NCBI GenBank assembly: GCA_028023455.1 | Contig: JAQFVV010000009.1 | Coordinates: forward strand, 13,516,001 to 13,580,000 | Source: Epiperipatus broadwayi | Taxonomy: Eukaryota > Animalia > Onychophora | Direction of reading: 5' to 3' | DNA length: 64,000 nt | Made by a program: the position numbers and the translations under genes | In this document: piece after piece, positions 39,461 to 52,311 of the stretch | Position numbering within the stretch: the first letter of the stretch is position 1 | Layout of the letters: each line of letters opens with the position of its first letter | Notes under the pieces: model-generated | The model's database searches: none | The model's input: only the letters and a program-made list of their open reading frames with translations | Told to the model about the DNA's origin: nothing

Positions 39461-41540
39461 ATGTCTGTTTAATTTTATTTAGAATTTTTCCCAAAGAAGA
39501 AATAAATTCAGTTAATTATATATTGCTTGGGAGTTCATTAAATGGTTTGAGCACCAGATCTGTGAATACCAGAATCAATCCTGAGATCTCCTGATATCAA
39601 ATTAAAAACTATACCAATTGCACCAAACCATACAAGGCAAAACACATATGTTTTTTTTTATTGTTTGGAAGTCATAAGAAATTTGGGAGCCAGAGCTGTG
39701 AGCATTGGAAAATGATCTTGGGACTTCCTGATCTAAGTAAAGTACTTTTTCAAATGTGCCAAGATGTGCAGGATAAAAAAATGTTAATGGCTTTAATGCT
39801 CAAGAGTTCACAAGAACATTGCATGCCACTACTGCAAATGTCAGACTTGATGGGAACTTCCTGATTCCATGTTATATGGTCTACCAGTTATGCCAAACTC
39901 ACAGGAAATCTGGTCATCATGGATAGCATTGAATATGAGGGTATTTATCTTAATAGTCATTTCCCATTCTCTCTCCCTCTTTTTTACTTTTGCAGATTAT
40001 GAGAACAGAACTTCTCATATTAGGCAGGCTTAAGCATTTTTTAAAAACAGGCTCACATTTTTTAGCTAGGGCTGCAGCAATTGAAACTCAAAGAATTTAT
40101 TTATTTATTCTTACATTGTAAAATCTTTAACAAAGTAAATCTTTTTCATCTCTGATATTTGAAGATCAGCTTTTTTATCATTAGAGATTATTACCAGCAG
40201 TTGAAAAGTAACTTGCAGCAGAAAATGATTTTTTTTTCTTATTATAATCTGATACACAGTTTGATCATCCATCCCAAATTAGCAATGGGAGAAAAAGAGG
40301 CCAAATAAAATAGTGATCCTATTTATATCCAATTTATCCGTGATGTGAGCAGATTCAAAACAGATAACATAATACACACAAAACAGATTTTTTTTATTTC
40401 TTTCATTCTTCATAAAATTAGAAGTTAATATTACATATTTGAAATTAATTAGTTCTACTTCTTTGTTCACAAATTAACAAAAGAGTGATTTAATAATTGA
40501 ATCCATTATGCATCCATCAGTATTTATAATCTGCAAGATGTTTGCAGATGTTAACTTATTATAATTTATGATTATCAATCTTTATTTTTGATAGAAAAAC
40601 ATTCTTTTTAGTATTTATCTTTAGTTCTACTTTCTTGCTTTCAAACTTTTGAACACTATTTTCAAAAATAAATTACATTTCTGAAAAATCTTCATTTATT
40701 TTATTTTCTTAACTTCCCATATTAATCCACAAAACCTTATCTGGAGATATTGAAACATTCTAATAAATCTTTAATAATATTAATCTTTTTAGGGTGACCA
40801 CGTTATATAATTACTACTATATTCTTCCGAATATGACAATATCCTGAATCTATATCTTGATGGTATGAGGGTTTAATTATTGTAGATATCATTACTGATT
40901 CAAATGTTTTCATAATCTATGGTTCTAAAGCACAATGGTGATTTATTAATTCTTTTTTTAAATTCTCTTAATACTTTTTAAAAAAATAAAGTTATAAATT
41001 TTGTTTATTTTTATTAGTATTATTTACATTTATACAATTTCTTTTAATACATACATTCTTTCAATAAGGTTTCACATTATTTAAATCTCTATGACATTTT
41101 TTTAATACTTCTTTTTCTCTCCTTAACCAATTTCTGCTTTGGATTATTGTAATTAGTTTCAGCTAGAACTTTTATTTTTTACTTTTTTATAAACAACTGT
41201 CAAATTATTGTAATCTATTCTTAGACATGATTTTATTCAATCTCCTCTGAAGACACAAACCATTATCTTCTTTTAATACATGGTAGTGACATATTGTGCT
41301 AAAATTACTTTTAAATTCAATTTTTTTTTTTTTGTTTGATTTGAGTTCAAAGTTTCTTGCAGAGAAATTATAATTGTGGTAGTAAAGATCTTGCATAGTA
41401 GTATTAAAACAATAATAGACATGTAATTTGCAATATCTTTTTGTAACATTTCTTTCAATATTACTGCTGTATTTTTTCAATCATTTGATACTTTTTTTTA
41501 TCAAATCATTAAAATATCACACGACCACCATTTCCTATGC

Positions 41541-41578
41541 TTCACTAATGAAGGTCACAAGCTAAAAACTAGTCTGGA
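41541..41578 (+). ncRNA. Degenerate hammerhead motif (family 2), duplicated copy
   Basis: Identical to 38577-38614, inside duplication unit 2. Confidence 0.45.
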
Positions 41579-42374
41579 AATATTGGATGAGTAAGCACTA
41601 AATAGAAATTTGATGCATAAACCTTTTAGAATTCATTGATTACTATGGCTAGCACTAGGTAATACCATTGTTTGGAAAGAGTTACTATTTCTTTATCACT
41701 TAGATGTTTGGTATATAGTTTGCCTACAATTTTCTCTATTCCTTTACCTGCATTTTAAAAACAAGATATCAATAATAATTCCATCACTTTCTAGAGCTTG
41801 TTCATATTTTATAGATGTAATTACACAATTCATTTCTTCATTTAAAATACTCAGCAATTCAGAAGTTGTAATTATAGAAGTTGCATTGTTTTCTCATACT
41901 TTAAAACAATATTAGAATTACTTTATGCTGTTTATGATGCCCCTCTTTTTGATTTCAATATCAAGGCATTGTTTTATATTTTTGAAATTTATATTTCCTT
42001 CTATAAATTTCCTTGAACCATTTTCAGATTTATATATCATTAATTTTTTTTTGTATCATTTTGCGAAAATTCCAGATATTCAATTCTTCTCAATTTTACA
42101 TATTTTCATTTTTTTTCCATATATAATTTAAATTCATTGAAGTGTTTCTTTAGATTAGAAATATCAACTGTTAATGTCTTTCTTAATAATTTTAATTTCT
42201 TTAATTTTAAATAAATAAGTACATTATATCTCATTAAACTGATTATTTCTTGTGTTGAATCTATTAACAGCACCACAATCTCGAACATCTATTTACTGTT
42301 AGTCAAAATATAATCCAATTCTGCTATATCTTTATTTTAATTCATTATGTCTGTTTAATTTTTTTTTTTTTTAT

Positions 42375-42460
42375 ATGCCAAAGCATTGACCGGGAAGCGA
42401 ACACAGGCCGACTGCTTGGAAGGCAGCTTTTCTAACCACTAGGCCACCAATGCTTGACAT
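42375..42460 (-). mobile_element. tRNA-Gly(TCC)-derived mini-SINE, the most tRNA-like copy (71-nt body 42383-42453)
   Basis: GCATTGGTGGCCTAGTGGTTAGAAAAGCTGCCTTCCAAGCAGTCGGCCTGTGTTCGCTTCCCGGTCAATGC closely resembles animal tRNA-Gly(TCC), but the D and T stems are weakened. Confidence 0.85.
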
Positions 42461-45400
42461 GTCTGTTTAATTTTATTTAGAATTTTTCCCAAAGAAGAAA
42501 TAAATTCAGTTAATTATATATATACATATAAGGCACATGGCTTTATTGCTTGGGAGTTCATTAAAGGGTTTGAGCACCAGATCTGTGAATACCAGAATCA
42601 ATCCTGAGATCTCCTGATACCAAATTAAAAGCTATACCAATTGCACCAAACCCTACAGGGCAAAACACATATGTTTTTTTTATTGTTTGGAAGTCATAAG
42701 AAATTTGGGAGCCAGAGCTGTGAGCATTGGAAAATGATCTTGGGACTTCCTGATCTAAGTAAAGTACTTTTTCAAATGTGCCAAAATGTGCAGGATAAAA
42801 AAATGTTAATGGCTTTAATGCTCAAGAGTTCACAAGAACATTGCATGCCACTACTGCAAATGTCAGACTTGATGGGAACTTCCTGATTCCATGTTATATG
42901 GTCTACCAGTTATGCCAAACTCACAGGATAAACACATTAGTCTTTATTCTTCAGGCATTTATAAGAAGTTTGAGCATCAGAACTGTGAGTGCCATATATA
43001 TAATGGATGAGATGACTCTTCAAGCAGCATTACTTTATTGACCTGTACTGTAGCTGTAATGTTTGATTTAAAAAGTAATCTTGTTTGTTACATGTTTTAA
43101 AACTATAACTATTCATAATTATATATACTGTTATCTAAAATAATTTGGAATGCATTATGTACTATTCATTCCTGTTTTTTATGTGCACATGTATAAATTT
43201 TGTATTTAACAAATAAGTCACAATCTGGTATTCAATATGCCATCCATTTACAGAGTTCACAAATCAGCTCCTACAGTGCACTCTCTCTCTCTCTCTGGCA
43301 GATGTTATTATAAATGAGCTTTTCATTTTCTAGGTTCTTGTATTAGTTCATATTGCTTCTACTTGAACTTTTATTCACATGTATGGATAATAAGTCCTTG
43401 GACTATAAATCTGGTCATCATGGATAGCATTGAATATTAGGGTATTTATCTTAACAGTCATTTCCCATTCTCTCTCCCTCTTTTTTACTTTTGCAGACTA
43501 TGAGAACAGAACTTCTCATATTAGGCAGGCTTAAGCATTTTTTAAAAACAGGCTCACATTTTTTAGTTAGGGCTGCAGCAATTGAAACTTAAAGAATTTA
43601 TTTATTTATTCTTACATTGTAAAATCTTTAACAAAGTGAATCTTTTTCATCTCTGATATTTGAAGATCAGCTTTTTTATCATTAGAGATTATTACCAGCA
43701 GTTGAAAAGTAACTTGCAGCAGAAAATGATTTTCTTTATAATCTGATACACAGTTTGATCATCCATCCCAAATTAGCAATGGGAGAAAAAGAGGCCAAAT
43801 AAAATAGTGATCCTATTTATATCCAATTTATCCGTGATGTGAGCAGATTCAAAACAGATAACATAATACACACAAAACAGATTTTTTTTATTTCTTTCAT
43901 TCTTCATAAAATTAGAAGTTAATATTACATATTTGAAATTAATTAGTTCTACTTCTTTGTTCACAAATTAACAAAAGAGTGATTTAATATAAAACTAAAA
44001 GAAAAATATTTTGACAATAAAAATGTTATAAATTCTACCCCCCCCCTTCCTTTTTTTTTTGCTAGGTTTTATAAACCTGAATAACTTATTTATTTTTATT
44101 ACAATAATAATATAGCCATGTATGATTTCACATATATTTTAATCATGTAACTTAGATATCTGTGGATACAACTTAGAATTAATATATATATATATAATGC
44201 CCATTTGTAGTCAACTTTATTGGATTCAAACTACTATATCATAATATATTAGTATGATATCTATATATTCAGAAAATTTTAATAGACGTTATTTTAAGAC
44301 CATGGATTATATGTGTTCTATTTTATTTTTAAAAAATCGGTCAGACGATATAGACAGTGATCAATGCAGTTTACTATTTTCATTGGGTCCTGTTTGTATC
44401 ATCTTACTGTGATTGTCCTAAAATAGATAATTACATGTTCTTAAAAATATTTCTATATATATATAGAGTGTAGTAATACATATGCTCCCAATTTGATGTT
44501 AAAGCATTATAGAAAAACAACCAAAAAATTGTAGCATAATTAAAATCTAATTTTTTGCTAAATGTCAATTATCATTATTCTACATGGAAGGAAGTCATTA
44601 TGCTTTCATTGTTTAATTAAGAGTTATGTAGATTCTAACTATACTAATAAACACTAATAAGTATTTAAAGTGTACTCCAAAGCCATCTATTACAAGGTTG
44701 AGTAATCAATGACTAATAGAAAGTAGCCCAGTAAAATTCTCAAATTAGAATCCATTGATTACTCAAGCTTACAATAGATGATTCTGGAATAGAGGAATAG
44801 ATAAATTAGTATTCCTAATAAACAGATGTTAAACATATGTTAGGCTAGTCATATGACACTTTGTTTTAAATTTTAATAGATTAAATCACTATTATAGTTT
44901 CTATAAAATATTGCCATCACGCAATCATGCTACAGTAATAATTGTAATTTCATTCAGTGCATATCATTACTGGAACTTTTGTTTAATATGACTTTGGATA
45001 ATTTTTATGAAAATGTTGTTTTGTAGTTATACAGAAACACACCTGAAGGGCGGGTAACTATTGCCTTTTTTCCCTGGCTGAAACAATATTTATATTTCTA
45101 CTATTGATAATACATTTTAATAATATAATTCTATAACAACCAGAATTTTTTCAATGTTACAATAACTTTTTCAAAAGTTTAATAAAATTTGTTTCCAACA
45201 TATATTTAGATATTTTAATAAATAACATTTATGGCTCCTTAAATTAAGTTTTAGAGAATTACAGAAAAAAATATATTTAAATATGACCATTTTTCACATT
45301 TCAGTTATCAGTATTCAGATTATTGACAGCAATAGTCAGTGATGCACTTTATGCATGATTAATATATGTAATATTAGCCATGATCTCATTTATGTAATAA

Positions 45401-46739
45401 AGAATATTGTTTTACATGCTAAGTATTTTTCCTGTCTTAGAGTTTTCCTATATTAATAAAGACAAAACTTGCATTATCAAATAACAATGGTAAAAAATAA
45501 ATGCAGTCATATTTTTTACATATTTCTTCAATTTACATTTCATAAAAATAAAGATTTACAATCTATTTACACAATAATCAATACAATTTTTTTCTAGTTT
45601 TAGATATTTTCCTCTTGGTGGACGATTTTATTCATAGTTATTTAGCTTCCTTCATTGCACAATCTTAATTTTAAGTTAACTCTTAGATCTTTTTTTATGA
45701 CTATATTTTCCAATGCCTAAACTTTTATAAATAAATCTTTATTTTTTCATGATTTCATAAATATACTTGCAAATTAATCTATTTCTATAATCATGAGTAA
45801 GTTTCACTGACTGTCTGTCCAGCTTAAGTTACACATCTTCCATATAAGTTTATAATAAGAAGAAAAGGAATTTCTTACTCTGAGATTTTCTATTCATGAG
45901 ATGTATAATCACTTTTGTAATTTAATACGTCAATTACTGCCCTATTATTATGGGGAAATGTTTAAATATATTTCAAATTTGATATTAAGAGATTTAACTC
46001 ATTTTCAAATGAAAATCATCACAAATAATAGTACTTTTCCAGCATTTAGTAAATACTTCTTGCAATTTCTGAGTTTAATAATAATGAAAATCTCACAAAA
46101 AATATATAAAAAAAATTGGTGTTCCCTTTAATTTCTTTTCAGAATCCAATAACAATAATAAAATATAAATTTATTTTTTTTAATCATTAATCCAACGATA
46201 ATAATAATTAATTTTGTAAGAATATCCTATTTTATTGTTGATTTAATTCAGCTGCAAAGTATCACTTAATATTAAATTTCAACGTGAGATAAAGTACAAT
46301 TATTATTAGTGAAGATGTGTGATGATGGTATATTAGATGTTATAATATGTTGGACTATTTTCATCAACTATGTTAAATGTTGAATATCTAGAGAATTTTA
46401 AACTTTATTTAAAGTTTTCAAATACAAACAACTTGTTAGTAATAACATACAAATAGACAACACAGATTAATAATTACACAATATATCAAGTAGTAGTATT
46501 CTTTACTCTTTTTCAGGTGTTACTGTCCCAACCAGTAACAATATTAGCTTAGGAGTTGAACTTACCCTTTTAGATTCTTGAGATATCAAATTTTAAGGCA
46601 ACGCTCTAATCAACTGGACTGTTCTGTCAAAAATAAGTCAGTAGAAATTTTATATACTTATGTATGAGGGTTATTTCAAATTCTCCTAATTCCTCCCAAT
46701 TTTTTAAAATACTTTTTCTAAGAGCAAAGTTAATTAGAG

Positions 46740-48800
46740 GCCTCCAAACATTATGTATTGCCATCCTAGATTGACTTATAGAATTATTTGCCATTGTCAA
46801 ATTAGTAGTTTCTTTGAATATTTTCTTTGCACCTTTTCCTTTCTATCCAATATTTTTGTATTTTCCAAATTAAATATATGTCCATTAATATATACATGAT
46901 CTGCTATTGTATACATATCTCTTTTCTCTTTTAACTATTATTAGTTCATGTTCTTTCAATCACTGCTCAACAGGGTGACAGATCCCAACAATATGCTTCC
47001 TTTCACATTCACATAGTATGCCATAAATGCAGTTTTTGTTTTTCAGCATTTACAGTTTAGGTCTTGTATGCAGTTTTAGTGTTTAGCATTTCCAGTTTAG
47101 GCTTTGTAAAAATTATAATTCCTTGAATTGTGGTATGGCTTTGGAAAGCTGTTCTAATATTATATTGACTACAGATTTTTAAAATGTCTTCTATTCCTGG
47201 TATGTATAAATACCCTACAGTACCAATAATTGTTTTTCCTTTTGATGTTTTTTTGTTGTCTATTAAAGGTTTTATTAATGATAGCTAATGGATAACCATT
47301 ATTGTACTATGTAAATATTTTCATTCTTCAAATCACAGGTTTCCAAACAAATTTCCTTTGCTCTATTCCATAGTGATAGTATAATTTCATGTTTTGTGCT
47401 TCTGATATGTTTGGATGCATATGCCAAGTATTTGCCAATGTATGTTGGTTTCATATAAATTGTTGTTTTTACTTTGTCCTTAGGGAGTCCTGTCACAAGA
47501 ATATCGAAGAATGCTAATTTTTGTTCTAGTTCTGATTCCATTGTAAATTTAATTGGTGGAGATATGTTGTTGATATGCATCCAGAATGACCGTAATCATG
47601 CTTCACTATGTGGCCATTCCATAAAAGGTATCATCAGTATAGTGAAGCCACAAGAAATGTAGTATTTATGACAGTGAGTTCAAATTCTTTCATGTAAAGG
47701 TTGCAAAGCAAGGGTGACAGTGGGAAGGCCATAGCCATTCTTTGATTTTGTTGTAAGAATTCTGAGTTGTATTGAAAGCATGTTGTTATTATGCAAAAAA
47801 TTAATGTTTCCGTTTTACTACAATAAGTAGAGTTGTTATGGCTTGCAGAGCATTACCATCATATAACCTTTTCCTTTCAATAGACAATGCTTCATCACAT
47901 GATACATTTCTAAATAAAGTTTCCAAATTAAAGCTTTCTAATATGCCAGTTCTTTCTCTTTCCATTCCTCTGATTAATTCTACAAAGTCCTTAGAATTCC
48001 TGATGAAGGACTCTGTTCTGTATGCTAATGGAGTACGAATTTAGAGAAGAAATTTTGATGAAGTTTTGTCATGGGGGATTTCTAGAACTAACAATAGGCC
48101 TTAATGCAACATTGTTTTTATGGATGTTAGGTAGTCCATAAAGATGAGGAATTTTGATGAAATACAAAGTTAATTTTCTTTTTATCAAATCACCTGTGAT
48201 GTTTTAGGAATAGTGATTGTAACATTATTTCTGTACTTGGAATTGTGCTTTTTGCTATTTTTTTTGTCTTAGCCTGCTGTGAAAAGTTTTTGTATTTTGT
48301 TATTATAATCAGTTTTATCCATTACAATCATAGTGTTACTTTTGTCAGCAGGGAGAATGATTATAGATGAATCCTATTTGAAAGATTTAATAGGTTTTCT
48401 CTCATTATATAAAATGTTTGATTTCTGTTTTTGATGTTTCTCAAGTGTCATTCTGTTGCTTCCTTTAGAGGAAATTTTTGGGTGACTTCCTCAGTGACTG
48501 CCATTACATCCAAAAATGGGACACTAGATTATGTAATGGTGAAATTTAAACCTTTTCCAAGAACAGATAATTCAGCATCTGTTAGATGTTTAGACCTAAA
48601 AAAATTTTAACTAATGAAGCTGATAGATCATTGTTACATCATGATGTTTGATGTGCCCATATAGATTTACAGCTTCTTCTTCTTTATGTTTTCTTATCTT
48701 TCCACATAATTTAGAATATGATAATTTCACCACTTGAAAAACTCTTGAGAAGTGTCCATTTATATATTTAGTTCTTAGAAAACATTCAAGGCTTCTAAAA
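46740..48800 (-). mobile_element. Largely complete but decayed Penelope-like element (RT plus GIY-YIG)
   Basis: IIILPADKSNTMIVMDKTDYNNK; PHLYGLPNIHKNNVALRPIVS; ORF 47299-47580 HINNISPPIKFTMESE...FFDILV...IYMKPTYIGKYL; NCIYGILCECERK...LKEH...IADHVYINGH. Confidence 0.9.
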
Positions 48801-49297
48801 ATTCAACATTTAATGATAGATGAGGGAAATAGTCCAACATATTATCAAATATAAGTGAAACTACTCTTAAAATATATTATGGAAAACCACTAATCTACAA
48901 GTAAAATATAGATACAATCATAATTTAATTCCCACATATTTATATTGTAATGGCATATTATATACCATTGATGGATTATATAATATTTACTCTTTTTCCA
49001 CAGATACTAAAATCAATCATGTACCGATGGGATGCACTGGCCTCAAAGGAACACTGATATCTTTTGATTTATGAAAAATCATCATAAATTAGTGATGAAT
49101 TAAGATTATTATAGTGAAATACATACATCATAATATCATGGCTAGTGTCATAATAAGGGAGCTAAATAAATTGGTGATATTTTTTTTTAGAACATGATGC
49201 TATGGAAAAGGGGAAAAAAACAAGTATGTCATAATAATCCAAAAAACTGCCGTCTACTCAAAAAGTTAGAATTCATTGACAATATTGTAGTCTAGAT

Positions 49298-50102
49298 CAG
49301 TGGTCTTCAACCCTTGGTCCGTGGACTGGCACCAGGCCACAGAAGTTTTCTGCTGGTCCATGCTAGACTGGCAGGAAAGTTTGTAATAACAAAATAATAA
49401 GAGTTTAAACTTTTAATTAATATAAAGAATTTTTATTTATTTTTTCATCTCATTTTTACCCAATTAAAAAAAAAGAAACAGAATGAAAACAAAATCTAAT
49501 CAATCATCTAGTTATCACAGATGTTTATGGGGGGAGGGGGTAGAATTAAATTTTTTATTATTTTTCTAAAATAATTCAAAATTAATAAAAAACGTTTTTT
49601 AATATACAAACTCCATATATATATAAAACTTCATCTTGTATATTTAACATTAATTACAGATATTACATTTATCATAATCATTGTCATATAATTACACTAG
49701 CTGTGATATTTCCCAATATTCAGGTGAATAACATTTATTCTTGTATGTTTTAACAATGAAATAATAAATGCAGCAATGCAGGCACATTAATGAGAACGAG
49801 TGTTATTGTACTGTTCTCTAGCAGTATGACTGTGCAACTTGAGAAAGAGTGTTCAGCAAGTGAAGGTAAGCAACACCATTACTATACACAGTAACTAGTG
49901 TGTTGTTTTGGTCAGTTATAACAATTATGCTCATCTAAGGCTAAGCAGTTTACATCTTAAGAAAATTTATCTATAGACTTCTTGGCGAAACTTTATTTTT
50001 ATTTTTACCAGTCTGGGAAACCTTATCCTTATTTTTACCGGTCCATGAAACTTCATCATTATTTTTACCAGTCCACAGGTGTGAAAAGGTTGAAGACCAC
50101 TG
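49298..50102. mobile_element. Non-autonomous hAT (Charlie-type) DNA transposon, 805 bp
   Basis: Perfect 15-bp TIRs CAGTGGTCTTCAACC/GGTTGAAGACCACTG; 8-bp TSD GTCTAGAT/GTCCAGAT matching the Charlie NTCTAGAN target; subterminal tttttacc(a/g)gtc repeats. Confidence 0.9.
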
Positions 50103-52053
50103 GTCCAGATCAACTTTCATATGTTTTTGATATGGTGAGTCTGGATCAAATTATTTCTCAAAATATGTATCTATTAAGTTTAACAAGAAGCTATCTTTCT
50201 AGTAAAAGTAGAGTTCACAAAAACATATATCTACCTATCATTTTCTTTTATAATATCCACAGAGTTTGCTGCTTAATCTCATTTTTTATGTACATCAATA
50301 AATTAATAAAGAAAATGTGAGTAAGTACTAAATATCTTTATCATTCTTATTTATTTTTACTGTGTAAGTAGTATTTTTTACGTAGGACATATTTCTAATT
50401 TTTGAGAAATTTACAATTATACACATAATTATGAATCTATGATAAGAATTTTAGCAAAAAAATATTAATTTTGCAGTTAAGGAAAATTCTCTTTAATAAA
50501 GCCTGTAGAAAAAATATTTTCTTAACTATTTTCAAACTTTCACTGTACTATTTTCAGTTAAAGCAAATTTAAAATTTCTTCTTAGTGTGCCATCATAAAT
50601 TATTAATAACTCATAAATTATTAATATCCTTATAAGTAAAATATTAATCTTTTGTTGATCCAGTTATATAATTAAACATTACAATAAATAAAATCCATCT
50701 ATCACATCCATTAGTCAGCTATAGAGATTAAATTAGTCTGGCCAAACTTTACTTTTTTATATTAACATAAATGTATTCATTATCATTTTAAATATATTAT
50801 ACGTAAGACTGCAAACTCTTTCATTTAAATTATTCCAAGAGTAATTACATTCACTTAACTCTGTAATCATATATTATTTACAGTAGCTGACTCCAGAGCA
50901 GTCTGAATACAACTGCTTTTGGAAGCATATGACAAATCATGTGATGTTGTGGTAACAATTTTTATATTTTAATCAAACATTTTTAGCAATGCTATCTTGA
51001 TAAGACATAATGATTAAGCTCAATGAAGCTGTATTATATGTTTCATTTTGATAATTAATACATATATAACATTCAATTATAAACAGATAACCAATTATGA
51101 AAACTGTTAACTCATTTTACAGGATCTATGCTTCCTAGATTCAATTTTGACACTTAATGACAGAGAAAATAAGAATTTAAATTATTTCTTTACAAAGGAT
51201 AATAATTATCTTAATCTCAGTTTTAACTTTATGCCGTTGATGAACATAAGATTAACTTAAAACATCATCTCATTAAAGCATTGAAAGTATGTAATCCGAA
51301 TAATATTGTTATGGTTTTTTTTTCATACTTCTAAAACCTTATTGATAGGTAGATGATTATTTAATATTAATATCAAATTAAAAACTTTAATTTAAAAATA
51401 AATGACAAAGACTAGTATAAAATTTAAATAGAATTTATTAGATTTTTTTTCAATAAAATATGCCGTAAACCCCACTTTTATAAACTATTGGATTTGGGGA
51501 ATATAAGTTTGTGTCAAAATGACAATTTTTTGATTGCATCTATCTAATAATTTTGTTAACAAAATAGCTCAAAAACTATTAAAAATAAAAAATTAGACTA
51601 GAAAAAGGAACATTATGATAATGAGTGGCAAAATCTCTTTAATGAGCAAGGAAATATGAAGTTTATTTTGTTAGTTTAATTTTTTGTTAGCATTATTTTG
51701 AAAATATTGAATTTTAGAGAAGAAAAAATCCGGAATTTTGAAGTTTTTGCCAATCATCTTCTCTTGAATATATCACTATATATTATTGTGAACTGAAAAT
51801 TTTAATAAACATTTTCTTTTCTTTAACATCCCACACATCATCACAGCAAATGGAAATGATCAAAACTATTTTATTAAAACTTTTTAAACCATTAAGCATC
51901 ACATGATCACATTTTCTATACTAGCACATTAATTGTTGATAAACAGAACAAAACTCTCCATACATTATTGCCACCTGTACTAAACAGAGTAATCAATGGA
52001 TGCCAGAAGGCTTGTGCATAAAATCCCCATCTAATGCCTACTCATCCAATATC

Positions 52054-52091
52054 CCCAGATTAGTTTCTGGCTTGTGGCCTTCGTCAGTGAG
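52054..52091 (-). ncRNA. Hammerhead motif (family 2), opposite-strand copy
   Basis: Same as 52274-52311 except GUC changed to AUC, which breaks the stem III palindrome. Confidence 0.65.
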
Positions 52092-52273
52092 GAGGGTGCT
52101 GAACTGAGTTCAGACCCATATGACTATATAAGCTATTGAGCTTAAATTGAAAATATTTTTTTGTTTTCAATTTCATTCTCATAGTTTTGTAGTTAAGTAG
52201 AGATAAAAGGTGGGTGCTAGAGGGTTGAAATAGATCCTAAGATCTAGATGCAGTGCTCTCAGATCCAAAGCTC

Positions 52274-52311
52274 CTCACTGACGAAGGCCACAAGCCAGAA
52301 ACTAGTCTGGG
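52274..52311 (+). ncRNA. Minimal type-I hammerhead ribozyme motif (family 2), core intact
   Basis: CUCA-CUGACGA-A-GGC(CACAA)GCC-A-GAAA-CUAGUC^-UGGG; palindromic stem III ACUAGU, GUC triplet. Confidence 0.75.

Larger units (their letters stand above)
37531..43989. repeat. Tandem segmental duplication: unit 1 37531-40493, unit 2 40494-43989
   Basis: A (37531-39906) matches A' (40494-42928), and B (39907-40493) matches B' (43407-43989), at high identity; 478 bp (42929-43406) is absent from unit 1. Confidence 0.95.

Noticed and set aside
42383-42453. Functional tRNA-Gly(TCC) gene
   Set aside because: D and T stems are mismatched, and it has an A-rich tail, TSD and diverged sibling copies, so it is better explained as a SINE.
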